From Octopus sinensis (taxonomy: Eukaryota), in contig NC_043001.1 in assembly GCF_006345805.1 (NCBI RefSeq), forward strand, positions 57,970,001-58,034,000: a DNA stretch of 64,000 nt, given 5' to 3'. How positions within the stretch are numbered: position 1 is the first letter of the stretch; each line of letters opens with the position of its first letter. Shown here piece by piece: positions 52,452-64,000 of this stretch. The position numbers and the translations under genes are program-made. The notes beneath the pieces were generated by a model that was not told the DNA's origin, ran no database searches, and saw only the letters and a list, made by a program, of their open reading frames with translations.

Positions 52452-53452
52452 TATATACATGTATATTTATCTATTTATTTATCAATCTCTCGGTTACTCT
52501 TTCTCTTATGCTTACATAAGTATGTATGTGTATATAACATAAACATGAGCATACACACAGGCACATTTTCTGGTATTTCATCTCGTTGATCAGTGTTTGT
52601 CACATTTAATTTTAGTGAGATAAAATTTAAAAGCATTTGGAAGTGAATTCAAAACACCAAATTTTTTGCAAAGATATGAATCGAGAAAACACTCATGTCA
52701 TATAAATGTCACTAACAACAGATTTTAGCCATTTAAAAATTCTTATCTTACATTCTCGAAATAATTAAAAGTAAAAAAAGCTGAAAGAATAATTATTAAG
52801 AGCTCTAAAAAAATCCTAAAATAAAAATAAAGATCAAGAGATTCTTTCTACCATTTTTTCATTTCGTAAATTTTGCTGACAATTCAGAAATCTAAATTTG
52901 TTGCAGTCTTCAGTCATTCATCAGCAAATGAAACAGAAAATCAAACAATTACTTTAAGTGCCCTTTTTCAGAATACTAAGGCAATGACGAAATGAATAAC
53001 TATCATGTGTCTGCCTCCTTGTCTCTTCTCTCTGTTTTTGTGCTCGACTCAACCTCGTATACTCATGCCCATACACACATTTTTCTCCTCCCACATTCAC
53101 TCTCTCTTTTCTCACTATTTATCAATTGCTGAAAGCTTCATCGAATCAACAATTAAATTTGTAGATTCTATATTGAGTTTTAGCAGTGTATTACAGTAAA
53201 ATTATTCAGACAATTAATTCAATAAACATCAGAGGCTAGAAAGTTCTATTTCAAGTATGGTAATTCCCTACAGGTTTAGGTGTCTTTATTCCAATTAGGG
53301 GTAACAAATAAAAAAATTGATTTACAGTTCAATCTTAATAGTTGAGCCTAAGGCAAATATTTTATTATAAAATATTTTACTGCCTACCACTTTTATTTTC
53401 CCGTTCACTGAAAATGTCATTTAAAAGTAAAATTACATTAACACGTTGTTGA

Positions 53453-53494
<42 letters not shown>

Positions 53495-54129
53495 TACACA
53501 TATGCATGAATCTAAGAATATGTGTGCCTGAGTATTTTTCTGTGGGATTGTATGCGTGAGGAGCACTGCTGAGGATATTGACATTCATTTCACTATTGTG
53601 TCCTTGAACATGATAATTTAACTTACTGGTTGATTTCACTCACATTCTCACATTCCTATTTTACTAATGAATAATACAAGTAGTAATTTTACAAGCAATT
53701 TTATATGGCTAAACTGTTACAGAGTTATACACTGCTTTTGAAAAACCACGAGTCAGATATTTGATAATAACTGCCTGCAACTGAAGAGATGCCCATGGCT
53801 GGAAAAGCCTTTGATCGCAATCCAGCTTCATGAAAACTAACAACTCATTTCTAAGGTAAATTGTTGATAAAACACACCTACAAAAATATGTTCTTCAAAG
53901 TTGTCAAAAGATTCTGAAGTGGACTAGAAGCATTTTGAAACTGTGAGTTCTACGATTACATCAATATTTTACCACCAAGGCATGGTTTTAACATAATGGA
54001 ACAATAGAATTTTTTTTTTTTGATAAAACAGCTTACGACTAACAGGGTGTGTCACACCCATATATATAATTAAATTGTTGTTTTTTCTTAAATGTAAGGA
54101 TGTTTGTTTAAAATTCTTGTAAAATCTTA

Positions 54130-54700
54130 AAATTTTCTACAGACAGTTTACTTTTACATGAACTTGAATTTTGAGGATTTTCTTGAGTGCAGAAAGTCAA
54201 GGTCACGATACATATTCCAGCATTAATCCAAAAATCATATGCAAGTCCCATCTGTCCTATTATCATTGCTCCATTTATATTCTGCTCGTCACTTGTATCA
54301 CCATGATTTTAATGAAATTTATTGAGCTGGCTTTATGCTCATATTTGGTCTCAAATTTCGAAAGTTCCTCAGCATGGGACCTATTATTTCGGCATTGCCG
54401 GCTGCTTTTCTGTTGTTCAGAAAATAATTTACACCTATTGCAAACGTTTTCCCTGCTGCTTCTTCATTAATATTCTGACTTGAAACCCATCAAATACTCC
54501 GGCTTTCATCTTATCAATACTCAGACTGCAAAATGTGCTGTTGATATAGGGAACGTATTGTCTACCTTTATTCACAGCTTTCACAAACTGCTTCATGATA
54601 CCGTTTGTTATGGCGTGTAAGAAGGATGAGTTTTCCCGGTTGAATTAAAAGCGTATCATCCGCATTAAAACTCATTAAACCTCACTGCAGTCATTCTTTG
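54130..54700 (-). mobile_element. Chapaev3/CMC-like DNA transposase remnant
   Basis: Minus translation GIMKQFVKAVNK...LSIDKMKAGVFDGFQVRILM...MLRNFRNLRPNMSIK...GDTSDEQ...RWDLHM matches the LGLMKQFVKAL / KAGIFDGPQIR / SDEQGERFHQ / RW...DYCW family; family name is from recall. Confidence 0.65.
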
Positions 54701-57092
54701 ATTCACCAATGTTTTCACTGGATTTTCCGTCCTTGATAAGTGTAACCATTTTGTTGCCTTAGGAGAAAATTGACTAGTATCTCATTTTGTTTCTTGCATT
54801 TCATTCTTGTTTCATATGGTAGATTTCGTGGCCCAGTCTGTTCCTCTATACTTCGTATCGAACAATTAGTATTGATATTCCGTTAGTCAAATATAAATAG
54901 TTTTGGTTGTTATAAGAATGTGTTCCCATAGTTTACATTTATTTGAACAAGATTAGCCTCTATATGTTCAGTTGTGTTTATGGATGCATTGCTTAATAAT
55001 CCTATTAGAGCAGCCGACTTTGTGTGCATGTGCACGCACGCGTGTGGCATGTTTGTGCTGTTATTCGTGATGTTTGGCTGGATTTAATTTTCTCTACTGT
55101 TACTTAGTATGAAGGAAGACACTGACTTAACCAATTGCTTGGGGCACTCCATTGGTTTGTAGCCATGTATCGTTGTGATTCTTATGAGATTCTGCTAACT
55201 GAACGGTCGCGCTCCTAAAATTGTGGGAGGGGATATAAACAGTGTGATTTCATTTAGGAACGATGCTATGTTCATGTTTTGAAGCTGTACGGGAGGATCT
55301 GTGGCCTGAATGTTGAAAGTTACGGGTAGGATGACCCAAAATTGTGGAATGACATCTGAAATTTTGCAATGCACTGAACATGTATGTATACTTGTGAATA
55401 TTCTTTCCAAGAGCAACCCTCTAAAATTACTGGAAGTGCACGTTCTACCTAGATGATATCATCTTGATCAAATAAGGTTCACCAGAAACATTATGTGTTC
55501 GTGTGTATGTATGTTTGTGTGTGTTTATGTGTGTGGGGGTGATTAACTACACATACAAGGTTTGTTTAGCTTTTCATCATTCCGAGATTCATTAAAAGTT
55601 TTCTGATATAGGAAAATGAATTTTTATTATTTTGTTCTAGTTTTAATATGGAATTCTCCAACCACCTTGGTGGGAATCATTTTAAAACTCATACTATATA
55701 AATTACGTTTCAAAATAGACCATTTTGAATTAAAAAAATCTAAGTAACACAGCGCTAAATTAATTACAAAGTTGTTCTTTTCATATGACGGGTAAAATGA
55801 TTTTCGTATTTGTGGTAGGCTTATAATTAGAATATATGCAGATATGTTAATATAATATGGAAAAATTTCTGCGAATTTCATGAGGTAAAAAGTCATTCAG
55901 AACAGGTGACATCACAGTTCAAATTCTTCTTTCATGTTTTCTTTCCAAAATTTAGATGGAGAAAAACATTCTGGGTGAAATTCTATAACGGAAAATATAT
56001 GGGCCCATACACCCATCATTCCATCCATCCTTTTCACCCACTATTCGAAGGAGAGTCCAGCGGGTAGATTCTTCAAGTACCTTTTGCATAGGCTACAATG
56101 AGAAACAATAATCATTAGATTTTCCGGGTTGATTCTCAATGGTTTTGGTGTACCCTAGGTCTCAGGCCAATGGGCTCGAGTTCAATAATCGGTTTAGAGA
56201 ATCTTAGGAAATTCTAGTTACATATAATGTATATATGTTTATAAAAAGCATTAGAGTGACAGGCAAGTTACCTTGTTATTTGCATAAAAACCAACAGTTT
56301 CTCAGTCTGCATTCATTCTAATTTAGTATAATTTGCTTTTTACTTCGTTGTGATTGCAATACCCAGTGTTTCTTTAAAGCTTTTAATATCTCGTTGTTGT
56401 CTACATTAAACCTTTTAAAACTAACATAAATGCAGTCTTTGAAGTAATAAATTCTTCATTAACAACTGTGATTTACAGTTTTCCATCAGAAATTCCACTG
56501 GCAAGGTGGTGCTAATGCTTCGCTGAGGAAGTAAAAAAAAAAAAGCCTGCTCTGATTTTCCTTCCACGCAATAAAAAGGGAATCAAAATACAATGGAAAA
56601 TTATGATTTATTTCGTTTTTTCTTCCGCGATAGATTTAATGTTCCTTGCATAAATGAGTGTAAACTCTTAAATAAGATAATTATTTATAAAGCAATTCCG
56701 TACGTTAACCCGTATTTAATGGGAAAATATTTTATGTTAATGAACACAATCAGGAAGAAAACTAGCAAAGTACATAAACGAAAGATATCGAAAAGAATAT
56801 TGTAGCAATTATTTTGCAGGAGAGAAAAAAGTTTAGCTATGTGTTCCACAGATCCAATTAAAGCATGCATATTTAACAGAGCTCTTGTTACTTCGAATAA
56901 AATGCACTTGATTAAAAACGGAAATCAATGTGTGAGTCTGACAGCCGGAAGCAACAACGAGTTACTGTTAATCCAACCAAATGACTACTTGTTCAGAACA
57001 ATTTCTTTTAGTATTAGTGGAAACGGTACAACCAAGCAAAATCTAATTAGATTCTGGAAAGCAACAGAGATTGCAAATCCAGTGAGGGGGTA

Positions 57093-57142
<50 letters not shown>

Positions 57143-57159
57143 TACATATATATATATAC

Positions 57160-57191
<32 letters not shown>

Positions 57192-57240
57192 GTATATATA
57201 TACATATATAAATGTATGTGTATATATATGTATATATATA

Positions 57241-57284
<44 letters not shown>

Positions 57285-57825
57285 GCATATATATATAAAA
57301 GAAAAAAATAGTACTTTGATTTCTATTTGGATAAGTGCAGGGAAATGTGGAAACGACGAGTAATAATAGACAAAAAGAATTTTCTCATTCTTTGCAATAT
57401 AAAATCTAAAAGCGAAATGGTTCATAGGACAACATATTTGTTATTGGCTGTGAGCCAGAAAGATCTCTGGGTTCAGGAAAAATGGTAAAAAGGGCAAAGA
57501 GCAGTTTATAAATGAGGCTGATTTTATTTTGTTTCCAGGCATCACATATTCTGCGCTAAAACGCGGATATTGAATAAAAGTACTATGCATTTTTGTCAGG
57601 AAAAGAATTGAGAATGGTTTAATGAATAAGTAAAATTTAATATTTTCGTACCCAGAGGAAATTGTTTTACATCTCTTTACTAATTAACAAAAGATAAAAT
57701 AGAACTAAATTCGTTATCGTAAACGCCCAATAATGAAAGACAATCAATAAAGTAACTTTAATTGTGGTGTTTTGAGTCTTCTATCGTTTCGTCTTATTAT
57801 TATTATTTTATTATTATTATTATTA

Positions 57826-57862
<37 letters not shown>

Positions 57863-57937
57863 TATTATTATTATTACTATTATTATTATTATTATTACTA
57901 TTATTATTATTATTATTTATTATTATTATTATTATTA

Positions 57938-57970
<33 letters not shown>

Positions 57971-58119
57971 GATTATTATTATTGTTATTATTATTTTGGA
58001 GGAGGTAATCATATATTTTTCTAAGCTGATAAATAGGAAAAAAAAATTAAAAGCCACGCATAGTCCATGTATCTATTATTAAAATATTTATTGAAAATAT
58101 TGTTTCCATGACTAACCAA

Positions 58120-58340
58120 ACATGGCTGTTGCTTGAAGTAGTTTTGTTTGCAACCAGAGGATTTTGGTTCAATCTCACTCCGTGTAAGGAATTTATTTTT
58201 TCTATTGTAGGCACATATGTCTGAATCCTTCTGACTAGAATTGGGATAAACAAAATCTTTCGAGGCTCTTGTGAAATGGACGATCCTCGTCACCCGGTTT
58301 GACAGCAGCAACTTACCCGTTTGTGACATTAGCGGTATTC
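58120..58340 (+). mobile_element. Old tRNA-derived SINE remnant
   Basis: CATGGCTGTTG...TTTGCAACCAGAGGATTTTGGTTCAATCTCACT resembles the head of the 38500-38900 family. Confidence 0.5.
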
Positions 58341-58469
58341 TCTCTGTTCGATGCAAACGGGCCAGATTGCAATTTCAAGAAGAATTTCTCCAATTGTTTC
58401 TTTGTTGAAACTGCTATATTCTATAAAATGTTTAGACGTTCAACTTTGCTATCATAATTTAATTGAATA

Positions 58470-59565
58470 TTGGGTTGGCAACTAAGTTCCCGCTGTTTTT
58501 TTTTTAATTTAATATTTTGAAATGGTTTAATAAAAAATAACAACCAATCAATCAATAACGTATTCACCCTTGTTATTTACAATTTCTTCCCAACTTTCAA
58601 CAAGATTTTCAATACCTCATTGGTAAAAATCATCCGATTTCGACTCGAAAAACTGATCCAATCAAGCTCTCAATTTTGCATCAGTATCGAACGAAACTCT
58701 GCGCACAGCATATGAAAGAGATCGAAAGGAGTGGAAATCTGTTGGTGCCAAATCAGGAGAAAACGAGGGTGGGGGTAGCACTTCCCAGCCATGCGTTTGA
58801 ATGGATTCTCTGGTCATTTTGGCGATATGAGGGCGGGCGTTGTTGTGCAGCAGAAGAACTCCATGCTGCGAATTAGGTCTTTTGTGTTGAATAGTTGTGC
58901 TGAGTCGTTCCATCTGTTGAGCACAGAGTTCTGCGTTGACCGTTTGGTTCTGTTCAAGCAATTCGTAATGGATAATACGCACAACATCGTTTTACGCGAA
59001 TGAAGTTCTTGTTTCACACGCGGTGTCGCTTGTTTACTGGGGCTACGCCATTCCTTACGCTTCTTCATATTGATGAACAGTCACAATTTTTCGTCGCTAG
59101 TAACGATTCGGTAAAGAAATCGTTATTTGTTTCCATGAGTTGAGTGGTGACGATCAAGCAATCAAGTGGAGATTGTGGCTCGTTGATTTTTGTTGATGTC
59201 ACTTAAAGCATGCGGAACACATGCGCCATACTTCTGAAGATGCTTCTCTATAGCAGTGTAGAAGCATTACATTTTCTCTGCTAGTTCCCTCGTCATTTGC
59301 CGAGAATTTTCGTGCAAAAGTTGGTTTAATAACTCTTTATCGAACTCAACTGAACATCCAGAACGAGATGCGTCTTTGAAATCAAACTTTCTATTTTTGA
59401 ACTTGGCATACCATTCACGAGTTGTTCTTTCAGCTATGGCACCCTCTCCATACATAGCACAAATGTCGCGAGCAGCTTTTGCGGCCGTATAACTTTGATT
59501 AAAAGCAAAAACAAGGAAGTGTCAAAAATAGTCGCTTTTCTTTACTTGACATTCCATTTTAAAGA
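58470..59565 (-). mobile_element. Mariner (DD34D) transposon, 5' TIR missing
   Basis: TA then TTGGGTTGGCAACTAAGT TIR at 58470. Transposase from ATG 59557 has YGEGAIAERT...WYAKFK, CVPHAL, LLHNNARPH and PPSFSPDLAPTDFH. Confidence 0.9.
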
Positions 59566-60490
59566 TCAGTTTTATTTCAAGATATTTTGACAATAGAGAA
59601 AGAGCTGTATTTTAATCAAGATTATCCAAGGCTTCTTAATTTGAATTTGAAAATCAACAGGATATTTTTGCCTGTATGTGGGTGTATTTGGTGTTAGGGC
59701 ATGTGGAGATTTGTATATTTTCTTCTATGTATGTAATTTCAAGCGTTTAGTTGTATACTTAGACATTCCCATATATACTTAAATGATAAACATCTCGAAA
59801 GTTTTACAAAGTTTTACAGTTCCAGTGTGGTCTTAGATATATAGTCTTCGAATTAGTTTTCACCTTTCTGGTTTTCAGAAGCCCAATTTCATCCTTAGGC
59901 AGCGTGTTGCATATCCTAATGCTACAATAATTACAGGTATAAACATAAACATGTAATATGGGTAGAATAAGTGTAGATGTTTTAATAATTCGCTGATTTT
60001 AACATGTTCTGCACTCCTGATTACAACAACTACACAGAGTTTCTCTTCCCTTTCTCAAATCCCTATGTTGGGGCCATTACGTTTAGATTTTATAGACGTT
60101 TTCACTGGGACATTCCAACAGTACTACATATTTATTGTGAATGCCTATAGCCTGTACCATAAAGGAAGTTCTTATGTTATCGACATTGGGGTTATCCTTT
60201 AAAGGGAACTCATTAGTTACTGTGATGACTATTTTGAACAACTATATATGATATCTTCAGTCTCCATTTGTTATCACATTTCGGTGTTTTCCCTGCATCT
60301 CTGAGACTTTTCGTGCATCAGGCATTTTAGTTAGTTGATATTTCTTGTTCCTGTATTGGAAACGTATACTTATCAAAGTAAGTGTTAATAATTCAGTTGT
60401 CGGTTCGAGATTATCAATGTTACTAACATCCCGATGCTTTTTCTGAAGATATTCATGCATGGTCTTCTCCTGATATACGCCCACCCCTCC
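59566..60490 (-). mobile_element. RLE-type LINE 3' fragment (family of 24335-24857)
   Basis: Reverse complement matches the 3' UTR and PVIIVALG...KLIRRL region; a degenerate QEQEIST/CCHC region lies further upstream. Confidence 0.7.
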
Positions 60491-61108
60491 ATCAGAGGAT
60501 ACGTCATGATGGAGTCTGCGACTTCTTTGGGCTTGTCTGTCTGTATGTACGTATGCATATTTGTATTTATGTATGTATGCATGCATGCATGTATATATGT
60601 ATGTATATGTGTTCACTGCCCAGTCGCCATTATTTTTCTTTTGAGAACGTAAGATCAAGTAACTCGAGTGACTGTGTAGTAATTCGGGGGCATTTTAGTG
60701 AATGATCTCTGTTTATATGATGGTCATTTTGCCGATTAGTTGACTATCAACTATTTTGCTACGAAATAATTGACTGGCACATCACTCAAGTATATTTAAA
60801 AGGATTTATGCTTAATCAACGCTCAGTAAATGTTACAACTTACCTGGGAGCTTTAATCAGTTCTAATAGAACAATAGATACTGTTGCCTCGTTGATCATA
60901 GCTCAACGTCACCAAGTATGACCAACATCTATCCCAAAACAAACTCAGAAGTTGTCATAGCTCTGATCATGATACATTTTAGAATAACCATTTTATTTTG
61001 AGACTTTACGTTAGTAAAGTGACAAACAAGGGACTTCTACCAAATTGCTCTGCTAGTAAGAGAAATGCTATCGCCATTACATAATATGATAATAAAATTT
61101 AGAAAGGA

Positions 61109-61185
61109 AATGTAGATTTATATTTTTATATATTACAAGACACATTGGCTAATGTAGATTTATATTTTTATATATTACAAGACAC
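61109..61185 (+). repeat. 35-bp direct duplication, period 42
   Basis: AATGTAGATTTATATTTTTATATATTACAAGACAC occurs twice. Confidence 0.85.
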
Positions 61186-61632
61186 GGTATAAATAATGGT
61201 TATTACATATATTTCCATTATTGCAGTAAATATGGCTTACACCTGTTTCCAGTAATCATTATAGGTACCTTACTGGTAAGTTTCTCAATTGCTCTATTAA
61301 CCAGTTGAAAAAAATTTAACGACTTAAAACATTAATGCTACTTTCGTCAGAGTTGTATCCCTTATAACAAAGCAAAACACTAAAGGAATGGTACATGCAT
61401 GTGGAGGGGGGAAAGAGAAGGACACTGGCAAGTGGAATAGAGTTAAAGAGGAAAGGGAAGAAATTTACAATAAGGCACAGAGAAAGAAAGGAAAGAAGAG
61501 AAGAATGAATAGAGCGAATAGAGGAGAGGAGATAGGACATTAGTGTTTGTAATCATGAGGCCATACATGATTTGCATTGTTTTTAAGGTAGATGTCGTGT
61601 TGCATATAAATACATTCAAATACGTATGTGTG

Positions 61633-61679
<47 letters not shown>

Positions 61680-61704
61680 GCATGTATGTACATTATGTAC
61701 GTAG

Positions 61705-62070
61705 AAGCTCAATGGCCCAGTGGTTACGGCAGCGGACTCGCTGTCATAGGATCGCGGTTTCAATTCCCAGACCGGGCGTTGTGCGTGTTTATTGAGTGAA
61801 AGACACCTAATGCTCAGCGAGGCTCCAGCAGGGTTGGTGGCAAACCCTTCTGCATTCTTTCTCCAAAACTTTCTCTCACTTTTTCTTCCTGTTTCTGTTG
61901 TACGTGTATTACAAAGGGCCAGCCTTGTCACGTCGGATCTTTCCGAGACCTACGTTAAATGTACACGTGTCTGTGGAGTGCTCAGCCATTTACACGTTAA
62001 TTTCACGAGAAGGCTATTCCGCTGATCGGATCAACTGGATCCCTCTTTGTTATAACCGAGGGAATGCCAC
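61705..62070 (+). mobile_element. tRNA-derived SINE, third family
   Basis: A box TGGCCCAGTGG and B-box-like GGTTTCAATTCC; GC-richer body ending near GGAATGCCA. Confidence 0.75.
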
Positions 62071-62149
62071 GATATTATGTATGAAAACATGTAGCACTTA
62101 TTTTGAGTGGAACTACATTGGTCATAGATGGGTTGAAAGGTCACAGCAG

Positions 62150-62840
62150 TTATAGTAGAAATCAGCTTTGGTAACGTTTATGGAGAGAAGGCAACGCTAA
62201 GAAGAGAAACGTCAACGATGTCGAAACTTATATTGCTGAACGCCCAACCGATTACTTCAACAAATGAGATGGAGGATTGAAACCACCAAGTTGCAAACTT
62301 TATATCAGCCAAAACCGGTCATCGTCAGCTGCTTAAGACTAGATATCACGGAGAGTTGCAAATGCTAAAGCTGTCTTGAATCCCATCAACATTGCTAAGC
62401 AGTGTATATGGCTTTTAGACTGTCCGAATCTGTCAATACCTCACTGTAACGTCTTATAAATTTTCACTGACCTTTTTCCTACATTGGGGCTGGGGAAATT
62501 TACGTCCGCGGAGAGCCAAATGATGCAATCTGTCCAAACTGTTTGGGCCCTACTGTGAAGTACATAGAGGGTCATGTGATAATTGGGCAGCTACATCGTG
62601 ACATTTGTTAGGTCTACGTAGTGGATTATCTGCCAAGTATCGTTTGAATATTTTGGCTGATCATATCCGTCATGTGGTAAGAACATTGTTTTAAACTATC
62701 TAATTAAAGACAACAATCCATTTTGGTATATGAGCATGTAAATCATGATGGAGTCGTTGATACTTTTAGGTGTGGTATACATTTTACGTATAGTAGTTTC
62801 AATACGCTAGAAATTACAAAATAAAAGAGAGCCCTGCTCA
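62150..62840 (+). mobile_element. Highly degraded Tc1-like transposase remnant
   Basis: IYVR...P.CLGPTVKYIEGHVIIG (compare PTVKHGGGSVMIW) and KDNNP (compare QDNAP). Confidence 0.5.
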
Positions 62841-63539
62841 TAACGAAAGTGGTCAAATCTGCGATCAATATTTTAGTGAAAGCAGGCAATTGGAAAAAAA
62901 AATAGCTAAAGGAAATAGTATAAAATTTTCAATGGGAAATCTTTAATTAATTTGGAATTTTTAATCTATGGATTGTGCAGTTGAAACCTTGACTCCATGA
63001 AAGCGTTCAATCATTAATATGAGACAGGATGTCAGACCCAAGAGAGTGCAGGAGCAATTGAGAGGAACTGAAGTAATATAACAGAGAAAGGTAAGTTCAC
63101 AATTTGTATAAACTGCAATATATTACATCCTGTCGAATATATACACCAGTAATAGTTTAATTATATAAAAATGTTTTCCTTATCCTACATAGATCATCAG
63201 TGCGAAATGATATTTGGCAAGTGGAAAGAAGATGAAATTGCGGAAGTTTTTAGTGTTATGTATCATATACTGATAGAAAACCGTGTCTGTAACCGTAAGT
63301 TGTGCTACATTTTCTTTTTCGTTAACCAGTTAATAAAGTGAAACAAAAGTCTCTAAATGAGGAATGCAGAAGTAGCAAAAAACATTTTCTTAAATCCCTC
63401 GGTCATTTCTAAGCATCCGAAACATGCAGATAAACTTTGATGATGATCTTACATATTTACATTTATTCATATACACAAACACACATACAAAGCACACACA
63501 AACACACGCTCACTCACTCACACACACACACACACACGA

Positions 63540-63585
<46 letters not shown>

Positions 63586-63819
63586 TATTCAATATATATT
63601 TGCTTCAGACAAAAGCTTTAGTCGAGTACAGAGAGTGATAAGGTAAATAACAAGACAACAAAACGTTATGTAATAAAATTCATTAGCTTACAGCTGATTC
63701 AGTTATACAATACAACGCACTCAGATATAAGCGCTTGTGTATCATCTCATATCTTCGGAGCTTCACTTTTGAATATATGTATGTATTTGTGCGACTTTGT
63801 GTGTTTTTTTATCTTTTAC

Positions 63820-64000
63820 GTTTTCCAGTTATTAGACTGCGCTCACGATGAGGCGTTGCCTTAACGAATTTTAGTCCAACGAATCGACCCCTCTTCTTAT
63901 TGTAGTTTTCAGGCCTGGTATTAATTCTATTGTATTGTTTTGCCGAACCCCTTCGTTACGGTGATGTAAACACACTAACACTGGTTGGCAAGCAGTGGTG
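63820..64000 (-). mobile_element. SINE 3' part (family of 38500-38900), running off the window
   Basis: AATCGACCCC...TTTTGCCGAACC...GTAAACACACTAACACTGGTTGGCAAGC. Confidence 0.7.

Noticed and set aside
56839-57090. Non-repetitive N-terminal part of the 174-aa ORF after a TTTGCAG acceptor
   Set aside because: No recognisable domain, no clear donor site, and it runs into (TA)n.
61705-61785. tRNA gene (also the heads at about 2750-2823 and 38830-38900)
   Set aside because: A and B boxes are present, but there is no proper cloverleaf and the sequence continues into SINE bodies.

Overview
AT-rich eukaryotic intergenic or intronic DNA, dense in (TA)n, (CA)n, (TAA)n, (TCA)n and (TTC)n microsatellites. 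The SINE families and repeat landscape suggest a coleoid cephalopod such as Octopus (inference). No host protein-coding gene can be supported; nearly all listed ORFs are microsatellite translations. The window is made up largely of decayed transposons: RTE, Dong/R4-like, CR1-like and Tx1/L1-like LINE fragments, a Penelope-like GIY-YIG element, mariner, Tc1 and Chapaev3-like DNA transposons, and many tRNA-derived SINEs. The most notable signal is non-coding. Five well-formed and three to four degenerate type I hammerhead ribozyme motifs occur in unrelated small repeats, mostly next to (TA)n tracts. These include an intact hammerhead in a 353-bp structured tandem repeat (retrozyme-like, 2047-2578) fused to a Pol III SINE, a C-C-GANGA variant with an upstream 11-nt sequence complementary to its own core (36428-36502), and one with a greatly enlarged stem II (26154-26257). 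All structures were paired by eye; none was computed or tested.
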